In this document: positions 17,562-24,126 of the stretch, in pieces | Position numbering within the stretch: position 1 is the stretch's first letter | Layout of the letters: every line of letters starts with the position of its first letter | Assembly (NCBI GenBank): GCA_963704885.1 | Contig: CAVPIB010000003.1 | Span: 1-24,126 of the forward strand | Reading direction: 5' to 3' | DNA: 24,126 bases | From: an uncultured Actinomycetes bacterium | GTDB taxonomy: Bacteria; Actinomycetota; UBA4738; HRBIN12 | The notes under the pieces: model-generated | Database searches by the model: none | What the model was told of the DNA's origin: nothing | What the model saw: only the letters and a program-made list of their open reading frames with translations | Made by a program: the position numbers and the translations under genes

Positions 17562-17846
17562 TTACGCCGCGAGCTCATGGATGAGCGCACTCCCCAAGCC
17601 ACCGCGCCGGTGTTCCGCATGCGTTGCCATCCACGTGATCTCGACGCTCTCGTCGAAACGGCGGGCGAAGGTCACGAACGCTCGGACCTCTTCGCCGTCC
17701 ACAGCTACCAAACCGGACTCCGAGCGGACGGCCTCGGCGCAGGCGCGGATCCCCTCCTCCAGCTCGAAGAAGTCCGGCAGGCCGGCCACGATCCGGTCGC
17801 AGGCCGCGGCGTCCGCCGGGCCCAGCGCTCGGATGAGCGCGGTCAT
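17562..17846 (-). pseudogene. Truncated GNAT acetyltransferase (N-terminal half)
   Basis: ATGA-coupled to the acyl-CoA synthetase. 94 aa, ending just after motif A (EITWMAT..HRRGGLGSALI); the C-terminal strand and FY..GF motif are missing. Confidence 0.6.
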
Positions 17847-19783
17847 CGCGAAGCCCGACGGATCTTGTCTAACGCGCGCGGGTTCTCGACGCTCGACAGG
17901 TCGCCTGGCTCCTCGCCGATCGCGGCCGCGCGGATCGCCCGACGGACGATCTTCGCGGAGCGGGTCCTGGGGAGCTCGTCGACGAAGAGGACCTTCGATG
18001 GCGCGAAAGCCTTACCCAGCTTGTCGGCAACGACCCCGCGAAGCTCGGCAGCGAGCGCCTCGGTCCGGTCCTCGCCGGACTTCACCACCACGAAGCACCA
18101 GATGACCTCGCCCTTCACGTCGTGAGGGATGCCGACGGCGGCCGACTCGACCACGGCGGCGTGCGACGAGAGGGCGCTCTCGACCTCCGCCGGGCCCAGG
18201 CGTTTGCCGGCGACGTTCAGCGTGTCGTCGGAACGACCGTGCAGGAACCAGAACCCGTCCTCGTCGATGCTGGCCCAGTCGCCGTGAACCCAGACGCCGG
18301 GGAACCGGCGCCAGTACGTGTCCAGATAGCGCTCGTCGTCACCCCAGATGCCCCGGGTCATGGCCGGCCACGGCTGCTTGCACACCAGCTCTCCGAGCTG
18401 GCCCGCGGGCATCGGCGTTCCATCGGGTCCCCAGACGTCCACGTCCATCCCGAGCGCCGGTCCGCGGAGCGTGCATGACTTGAGCTCTGTGATCGGGAGC
18501 GGCGAGAGGAAGCACGCGCCGACCTCGGTGCCGCCGGACAGGTTGATGATCGGGAGTCGTCCCCCACCGACCTCCTCGAACAGCCAGCGGTACGGCTCGG
18601 GGTTCCACGCTTCGCCGGTGGAGGCCAGGATGCGGAGTGAAGAGACATCGTGCGCTCGAACGTGCTCGGCGCCCGATGGGATCAGCGCGCGGATCAACGT
18701 GGGCGAAACCCCGAGCACGGTCACGCCGTGCCGCTCGACCGTGGCCCACAGCCGATCTGGACCGGGGAAGTTCGGCGCGCCCTCGGTCAGGAGCACGGTC
18801 GAGCCCAGCGCCAGCGCGCCCACGATCTCCCACGGACCCAGGATCCAGCCCAGGTCGGTTACCCAGTGCAGGACGTCGCCGGGGCGCACGTCCACCTGGT
18901 AGGCAACCTCCTCCGCGATCTTCACCAGGAAGCCAGCGTGGACATGCAGCGCTCCCTTGGGCTTGCCGGTGGTTCCGCTGGTGTAGCCGATGAACAACGG
19001 GTGTTCGCTCGCGAGCGGCTCGGTGTCGAAGCGACCCGGCTGCGCGGAAAGCAGCTTCTCCCAGCGGACGTCGAGTGCCTTGTTCCACGGCGCGCCTGCA
19101 TCATCTAGTCTGTTCCAGACTAGTACGTGACGAACACAGCCCGCCTGGTCGACCGCCCGATCGGCGATCTCCTTCATGGGCACAGCGCGGCCGTGGCGGA
19201 GCGAGCCGTCGGCCGTGATCAGGACCTGCGCGTTGGCGTCGGACAGGCGCGCGGCGACCGCCTCGTGGCCGAAGCCGCTGAAGATCGGGACCCAGATCGC
19301 GCCGATCTTCGAGCACGCCATGACCGCGGCCACCGTCTCGATCGCCATGGGCATGAAGATGCCGACCGTGTCGCGCTGCTCCACCCCGAGGGAGCGCAGG
19401 CCGTGCGCCAGGCGATCGGTCAGCTCTCGGAGCTCGCGGTAGGTGACGCGGCGGACCTCGCCGTCCTCGCCCTCCCAGATGACCGCCACCGACTCGGGCG
19501 TCCTATCGGCCCAGACGTCTACGCACTGGTGGGCCAGGTTCGTCTGGCCACCGAGGAACCAGGTGGCCCACTCGGCACCGCGAGACGTATCCAGGACTCG
19601 GTCGTAAGGCGTGAGGAACGAGATCCCCAGGTCGTGCACCACGGCGTCCCAGAACCACGCGATGTCGCCCACGGAGCGGGCTACCAGCTCGTCGTAGGTC
19701 TCGATCCCGTGGGCGCGCATGAAACGGGTGATGTTGGCCCGCTCGATGACCTCGGGCGGCGGCGCCCACACCACGTCGTCCAC
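17843..19783 (-). CDS. Acetate/acyl-CoA synthetase (AMP-forming)
   Basis: Motifs YTSGTTGKPKG, STGEAWN, SGGTE, HGDWA..D, GRSDDTLNVAGKR and PRTRSAKIVRR. Start GTG 19783 is preceded by TACCGT + 6 nt; the ORF-track extension to 19936 overlaps the divergent gene. Confidence 0.92.
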   Translation of the reverse strand: MDDVVWAPPPEVIERANITRFMRAHGIETYDELVARSVGDIAWFWDAVVHDLGISFLTPYDRVLDTSRGAEWATWFLGGQTNLAHQCVDVWADRTPESVAVIWEGEDGEVRRVTYRELRELTDRLAHGLRSLGVEQRDTVGIFMPMAIETVAAVMACSKIGAIWVPIFSGFGHEAVAARLSDANAQVLITADGSLRHGRAVPMKEIADRAVDQAGCVRHVLVWNRLDDAGAPWNKALDVRWEKLLSAQPGRFDTEPLASEHPLFIGYTSGTTGKPKGALHVHAGFLVKIAEEVAYQVDVRPGDVLHWVTDLGWILGPWEIVGALALGSTVLLTEGAPNFPGPDRLWATVERHGVTVLGVSPTLIRALIPSGAEHVRAHDVSSLRILASTGEAWNPEPYRWLFEEVGGGRLPIINLSGGTEVGACFLSPLPITELKSCTLRGPALGMDVDVWGPDGTPMPAGQLGELVCKQPWPAMTRGIWGDDERYLDTYWRRFPGVWVHGDWASIDEDGFWFLHGRSDDTLNVAGKRLGPAEVESALSSHAAVVESAAVGIPHDVKGEVIWCFVVVKSGEDRTEALAAELRGVVADKLGKAFAPSKVLFVDELPRTRSAKIVRRAIRAAAIGEEPGDLSSVENPRALDKIRRASR

Positions 19784-19806
19784 GCGGACACGGTATAACC
19801 GTGGGG
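19784..19806. promoter_or_regulatory. Overlapping back-to-back -10 elements in a 23-bp divergent spacer
   Basis: Minus-strand TACCGT (19795-19790) lies 6 nt before GTG 19783; plus-strand TATAAC (19794-19799) lies 7 nt before ATG 19807. Confidence 0.45.
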
Positions 19807-20874
19807 ATGGAGTCGCGAGTCGGAGTGGTCGGGGTCGGCTGGTCCGGCTTCTCGCCCACCACGCCCGGCGCCTCCTACAAGGAGCTGATGTTCGAGGCCG
19901 CGCGCTCCGCCTACGCGGACGCCGGTGTCGATCCACGCAAGGATGTGGACTCGTTCGTGTGTGCCTCCGAGGACTTCGAGGAGGGCACGAGCATCTTCGA
20001 CGAGTACGTGCCCGATCAGCTGGGCGCGGTGCAGCGGCCGGTGCAGACCGTGGCCTCGGACGGGCTGTTCGCGATCGCGACGGCCGTGATGCTGATCCGG
20101 TCGGGCATCGCCAAGACGGTTGCCGTCGAGGCGCATTCGAAGGCCTCGGACGTGGTCTCGCACGGCAGGATCGAGCGCTTCGCGCTCGATCCGGTGTTGA
20201 ACCGCCCGCTGGGCGTCTCGGCGCTCGCGGTCGCGGGGTTGGAGATGCGGCGCTACCTGCACGAGAGCGGTCGGACCGTGGAGGAGTGCGCGGAGGTCGC
20301 GGAGCGCAACCGCGAGCACGCGCGGTCGAACCCGCGCGCGTCGTACGTGGATCCCCCGCACGCGACCATGCTCTTCGATCCGCTCACGGCGGACCAGTCC
20401 GCGCGAAGCGCGGACGGGTGCGTGGTGGTGGTGCTGGCAGGTGACGCTCGCGGCGAAGCCGCGAGTGTCCACGTGGACGGCGTGGGCTGGAGCCAGGACG
20501 CGCCCAGCCTAGAGTCCCGCTCGTGGGGCGAGGCCGTGGCGGCCAAGCGCGCGGGCGAGATGGCGTTCGCCCAAGCTGGGATCGGCCCGCTCGACGCCGA
20601 CTTCGCCGAGGTCGACGACACGTTCGCGTACAAGCAGCTGCAGCACCTGGACGCGCTGGGCCTGGCCGGGCTGAACTCCGAGCGCATGAACCGTTCCGGT
20701 GGCGCGCTGGGCGAGGGCTACCTGCACGAGGCGAACGGCTTGGCGCGGTTCCTGAGCTGCGTGGAACAACTCCGCGCCGGCGAGGGGCGCGTGGGCGTGG
20801 TGCAGTCGTGGCGAGGCGTGCCGAGCAGCTCGGCCGCGGTCGCCGTGCTGACGGGCGCCGGGGCAAGCCGATGA
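19807..20874 (+). CDS. Thiolase-fold protein (SCP2-thiolase/Ltp2-like), lacking the nucleophilic Cys
   Basis: Motifs RVGVVGVG, MFEAARSAYADAG, FAEVDDTF, NRSGGALGEGYLH and VEQLR; the Cys-loop position reads QTVASDG. Confidence 0.85.
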   Translation: MESRVGVVGVGWSGFSPTTPGASYKELMFEAARSAYADAGVDPRKDVDSFVCASEDFEEGTSIFDEYVPDQLGAVQRPVQTVASDGLFAIATAVMLIRSGIAKTVAVEAHSKASDVVSHGRIERFALDPVLNRPLGVSALAVAGLEMRRYLHESGRTVEECAEVAERNREHARSNPRASYVDPPHATMLFDPLTADQSARSADGCVVVVLAGDARGEAASVHVDGVGWSQDAPSLESRSWGEAVAAKRAGEMAFAQAGIGPLDADFAEVDDTFAYKQLQHLDALGLAGLNSERMNRSGGALGEGYLHEANGLARFLSCVEQLRAGEGRVGVVQSWRGVPSSSAAVAVLTGAGASR

Positions 20875-21227
20875 TCGGCCCTGCGGACCTGGTCTACCTG
20901 TTCGTCACCGACATGGATCGCACGGTGGCGTTCTATCGAGACACCCTGGGATTGTCGCTGGACTACCGGTCGGGCGACGAGTGGGCGCAGTTCTCGGCGG
21001 GACCCGTCAAGCTGGCGCTCCACGGCACCGGATCGGTCGCCGCGCGCCCCGGGGGGACGATCGCATTCACCGTGACGGACCTGGACGCGTCGAAGGTCAA
21101 GCTCACGGAGCGCGGAGTCGCGATCGGACACGAGGGCGGCGGCGAAGGACGAGGCCCGCGGTTCGTGGAGTTCGCGGACCCCGACGGCAACGTGCTCGCG
21201 CTGTTCGAGTACGAGGAGCGCGCGTGA
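20871..21227 (+). CDS. VOC (glyoxalase/bleomycin-resistance) family protein
   Basis: ATGA overlap at 20871. Motifs VTDMDRTVAFYRDTLGL, IAFTVTDLD and FADPDGNVLALFE. Confidence 0.88.
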   Translation: MIGPADLVYLFVTDMDRTVAFYRDTLGLSLDYRSGDEWAQFSAGPVKLALHGTGSVAARPGGTIAFTVTDLDASKVKLTERGVAIGHEGGGEGRGPRFVEFADPDGNVLALFEYEERA

Positions 21228-22918
21228 CCGGCCGTCGCGTCGCGGTGATCGGCGCCGGCATGACCAAGTTCGTTCGCCGTGCGCAGGAAACGGGCAAGGA
21301 GCTCTCGTGGCAGGCGGCGAGCGCTGCGCTTAGGTCGTGCGAGCTCTCGCTCGCCGATGTGGACATCGTATGCAGCGGAACGGCTCCCGACGCGTTCGAC
21401 GGCGTGCATCGCAAGGGCGACTACCTGGCCGACGGGTGCGGCGCCGTGGGCAAGCCGTACATCCGCACCTACGTGGGCGGCGGCACCGGAGTGTTCGCGC
21501 CCATCCAGGGCTGGTACACGATCGCGTCCGGCATGGCCGACGTGGCCCTCGTGGTCTGCGAGGAGAAGATGTCGTCATGTCAGCCGCATCCGCAGGGCGC
21601 GTTCCTGACGATCTTCGACAACATCATCGAACGTCCGCTGGAACCGAACCTGCTCTGGATCTTCGCGCTCGAGATGAACCGCTACATGAACGCGTACGGG
21701 TTGGACAAGCGCGACATCGCCGAGGTCGCGGTGAAGAACAAGCGGAACGCGGTCGGCCATCCCGCGGCGCTGCTCGGACAGGCCGACATCACCGTGGAGG
21801 ACGTGTTGGCCTCCGAGGTGCTCGCGTGGCCGGTGCAGCGGCTGGACGTCTCACCGATCAGCGACGGCGCGGTGGCGATCGTGATGGCGTCGGAAGAGGT
21901 CGCACGCCGCCTGAGCCCCGCCCCGGTGTGGGTGCAGGGCGTCGGCTGGAACCTGGACACCACCTACTGGACCAACCGCGACCTGGTCTACCCCCAATAC
22001 GTAGAGAACGCGGCGCGCATGGCCTACGACATGGCCGGCATCACCGAGCCGCGCAAGCAGATCAACATCGCCGAGCCCTACGACCCGTTCGACTACAAGG
22101 AGCTGCACCACCTGGAAGGGCTGATGCTCTTCGACAAGGGGAAGGCGCCGGAAGCCGCGCGCGACGGCGTGACCGCGCGCGACGGCGACCTCCCATGCTG
22201 CCCATCCGGCGGCCTCCTCGGCGTGGGCAACCCGATCGCCGCCGCCGGGTTGATGAAGATCGCCGAGCTCTTCTGGCAGCTGCGCGGCGAGGCCGGCGCA
22301 CGCCAGGTTCCGGGGACGCCCGAGCGCGGGGTGGCGCAGGCGTGGGGCGACCTGATGCAGGTGGGCACGGTCGTGGTGATGGGCGTCGACGCGCACGGAG
22401 GCGGAACCGGCGCGGCCGCGCTCCCGGAGAGCCATCCGCTATCCGACGCCGAGTTCCACGGTGCTGTCGGATCCGTGGACGACGCGCTCGATATCGCCTT
22501 CGAGTGGGACGCGGGCGAGGCGATGGGCGCGTTCCTGGAGGGGCTCCGCGACGGACGCATCGTGGCCACGTCCTGCGCCTCGTGCGAACGAACGCTGGTG
22601 CCACCCCGCAAGTTCTGCGAACGCTGCTTCCGACCCGCGGACCGCTGGACCGAGGTCGAGGCGATCGGCGTCGTCGAGACGTTCTCGATCTGCCACGTGT
22701 CGTGGGACATGCGGGACCTGGATCCACCGGAGATCCCGGCCGTGATCAGGCTGAACGGGGCAAGCGACGGCGGGTTCCTGCACAAGCTGGGAGACGTGGC
22801 GCCCGACGACGTGCGGATCGGCATGCCGGTCGAGGCCGTGTGGCGCCCGCTCGCAAAACGCACCGGCTCGATCCTCGACATCGCGCACTTTCGTCCCGTC
22901 ACGGAAGGAGGCGCCTGA
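21224..22918 (+). CDS. Thiolase-fold protein fused to a C-terminal Zn-ribbon/OB-fold (DUF35) domain
   Basis: GTGA overlap at 21224. Motifs RVAVIGAGMT, VKNKRNA, SPISDGA, AEPYDPF and SGGLLGVGNP, then a Gly/Ala linker, then CASC...PPRKFCERC and DDVRIGMPVEAVW. Confidence 0.88.
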   Translation: MTGRRVAVIGAGMTKFVRRAQETGKELSWQAASAALRSCELSLADVDIVCSGTAPDAFDGVHRKGDYLADGCGAVGKPYIRTYVGGGTGVFAPIQGWYTIASGMADVALVVCEEKMSSCQPHPQGAFLTIFDNIIERPLEPNLLWIFALEMNRYMNAYGLDKRDIAEVAVKNKRNAVGHPAALLGQADITVEDVLASEVLAWPVQRLDVSPISDGAVAIVMASEEVARRLSPAPVWVQGVGWNLDTTYWTNRDLVYPQYVENAARMAYDMAGITEPRKQINIAEPYDPFDYKELHHLEGLMLFDKGKAPEAARDGVTARDGDLPCCPSGGLLGVGNPIAAAGLMKIAELFWQLRGEAGARQVPGTPERGVAQAWGDLMQVGTVVVMGVDAHGGGTGAAALPESHPLSDAEFHGAVGSVDDALDIAFEWDAGEAMGAFLEGLRDGRIVATSCASCERTLVPPRKFCERCFRPADRWTEVEAIGVVETFSICHVSWDMRDLDPPEIPAVIRLNGASDGGFLHKLGDVAPDDVRIGMPVEAVWRPLAKRTGSILDIAHFRPVTEGGA

Positions 22919-23349
22919 TGGCGCGCACCGTCCACGGCGAGCTCCCGGTGGCGTTCCACTACACGCCAGGGTTGGGCAACACCGCCTTCTTCGAGGCACT
23001 CCGCGACCGGGGCGTGTTGCTCGGGTCAAGGTGCGAAGTGTGCGACTACACCTACCTCCCGGCGCGTGTCTTCTGCGAGCGCTGCTTCGCCGAGCTTCAG
23101 CCCGACACCGAGTGCGGCCCCGAGGGCACCCTCGAGTCCTTTACGGTCGGTCACGTCGACATCGACGGCGAGCCCTTGGAACAACCGGTCGTACTCGGAC
23201 TGATCAAGCTCGACGGCGCCGACACGGTGCTGATGCATCGCCTGGTCGGCCATGGCTCGTGGACGATAGGACAGCGCGTGGCGGCCGTATGGAAGTCAGA
23301 TCGCAGCGGGTCCGTCCTCGACCTCGAGGGTTTCGCCAGCCTCAGCTAG
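22918..23349 (+). CDS. Zn-ribbon/OB-fold (DUF35) protein
   Basis: TGATG coupling at 22916-22920 after GAAGGAGG. Motifs CEVC..YLPARVFCERC, GTLESFT and IGQRVAAVW. Confidence 0.88.
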   Translation: MARTVHGELPVAFHYTPGLGNTAFFEALRDRGVLLGSRCEVCDYTYLPARVFCERCFAELQPDTECGPEGTLESFTVGHVDIDGEPLEQPVVLGLIKLDGADTVLMHRLVGHGSWTIGQRVAAVWKSDRSGSVLDLEGFASLS

Positions 23350-23731
23350 GCGAATCGCCCCGAGGGCGCCGCAACTCTCGGGATCGATCGACGACTTCTG
23401 GGCTCACAAGCCAGATCACGTCAGCCAAGTTGGGCGGGGTTCCACGCTCCTCCCAGATGCTCTTGATCCGTCCTACCGTGTCGTCGGTAGAGTTCCCCCT
23501 TGACTCGTAGCCCGTAGGGGTCATCAGCACATCGACCATTTCGCCGGACTCAAGCAGATATCGCACGACATCGAGGACGACATCCTTCAGTTCTGGGCCT
23601 GAGGCGTCTGGAAGCCTTCTTCTTGCGACTGTAACGACGAATGAAATGTCAACGTCTGCAACCGGAAGAACCTCGCGAAGGGCGTCAACGAGGGAGGCTT
23701 CCGGTGACTCTGACCCTATGGGGTCACCCAA
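23342..23731 (-). CDS. Hypothetical protein, possibly a polymorphic-toxin immunity-like protein
   Basis: 129-aa acidic ORF overlapping the DUF2283 stop. Pattern VLDVVRYLLESGEM...RIKSIWEERGTPPNLADVIWL; GC lower than the flanks. Confidence 0.55.
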   Translation of the reverse strand: MGDPIGSESPEASLVDALREVLPVADVDISFVVTVARRRLPDASGPELKDVVLDVVRYLLESGEMVDVLMTPTGYESRGNSTDDTVGRIKSIWEERGTPPNLADVIWLVSPEVVDRSRELRRPRGDSPS

Positions 23732-23948
23732 TCTGGTCCGCCTCGCCTATGCACCCTGGCGGCAAGATCCGAGACGCTCCCAGGAATTCGATCCCAATCA
23801 AATGGCGCTCTGCGTCGTACGCAAGGATCATGGAAGCCCCGCCCTCGACATAGAGTCCACAGGGCTCTTCCTCGGCAATGTGAAGCGGTCGCTCATCGAC
23901 CAGGTACAGAAATGCTGCGTTGGCCTCAGAGTCATACGTCAGCTGCAT
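23724..23948 (-). CDS. DUF2283 domain protein
   Basis: Motif MQLTYDSEANAAFLYL...ILAYDAERHLIGIEFLGAS; start ATG 23948 follows GAGGGG. Confidence 0.8.
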   Translation of the reverse strand: MQLTYDSEANAAFLYLVDERPLHIAEEEPCGLYVEGGASMILAYDAERHLIGIEFLGASRILPPGCIGEADQIG

Positions 23949-24038
23949 CCCCTCGATCCCTTCATCCTTAGTCACCGACACTCTAGTTCGGCCACCGGAC
24001 AACAACTCCAGGCATCCAGACGTCTACGCTACCCACGC

Positions 24039-24126
24039 ATGAACTTCGACCTCTCACCTGAGCAGGAGGCGTTCCGCGGCGTCGTCCGCGCGTTCGCGGA
24101 GGACGTCGTCGCGCCCCAGGCCGCCG
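24039..24126 (+). CDS. 5' end of acyl-CoA dehydrogenase (partial, runs off the right edge)
   Basis: Not in the ORF track. MNFDLSPEQEAFRGVVRAFAEDVVAPQAA is a typical ACAD N-terminus; TACGCT (24025-24030) lies 8 nt upstream. Confidence 0.85.
   Translation, partial: MNFDLSPEQEAFRGVVRAFAEDVVAPQAA

Noticed and set aside
21337-22917. 670-aa ORF 21337..23349
   Set aside because: Only the part from ATG 22918 (DUF35) is protein-like; the rest is an Arg-rich alternate frame of the thiolase gene.
1-24126. A single tryptophan/indole degradation supercluster (tryptophanase, Mo-hydroxylase, CoA ligase, thiolases, ACAD)
   Set aside because: The genes are in separate transcription units with unrelated genes between them, and no hydantoinase/isatin hydrolase, mutase or aromatic ring-cleavage genes are present.
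1-24126. CRISPR arrays, tRNA/rRNA, IS elements, Moco riboswitch
   Set aside because: No spaced repeats, RNA gene signatures or transposases were seen. Intergenic regions are under about 140 bp and I could not recognise a riboswitch by eye; a covariance-model (Rfam) scan of 6842-6951 and 8745-8882 would settle it.

Overview
This is a gene-dense, high-GC window, probably from an actinobacterium (inferred from GC content, several apparently leaderless TANNNT-6-8 nt-start promoters, and an actinobacterial holin-like/DUF3618-like gene pair). From left to right it contains: the 3' end of a tryptophanase-family gene; a membrane protein with a histidine-less HisKA-like tail; a coupled GT4 glycosyltransferase and GH5-like glycosidase, the latter frameshifted near 2885; and a ~12 kb molybdo-hydroxylase island. 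The island holds a form II cox-like S-L-M operon (AYRGAGR) on the minus strand and a form I aerobic CO dehydrogenase coxMSL operon (AYRCSFR) on the plus strand. It also has two XdhC chaperones (one fused to a YHS metal-binding domain), a vapBC module with its operator inserted before coxG, then coxG and mocA, but no coxD or coxE. Next comes a minus-strand run of acyl-CoA synthetase, truncated GNAT, SAM methyltransferase, Nit1-like amidase and GNAT. Divergent from it is an operon of two thiolase-fold proteins lacking the nucleophilic Cys, a VOC protein and two Zn-ribbon/OB-fold (DUF35) units, one of them fused to a thiolase. The window ends with a lower-GC islet of two genes (DUF2283 and an immunity-like protein) and the 5' end of an acyl-CoA dehydrogenase. 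I saw no rRNA, tRNA, CRISPR array or transposase. All family assignments come from recognising motifs by eye, not from database searches.
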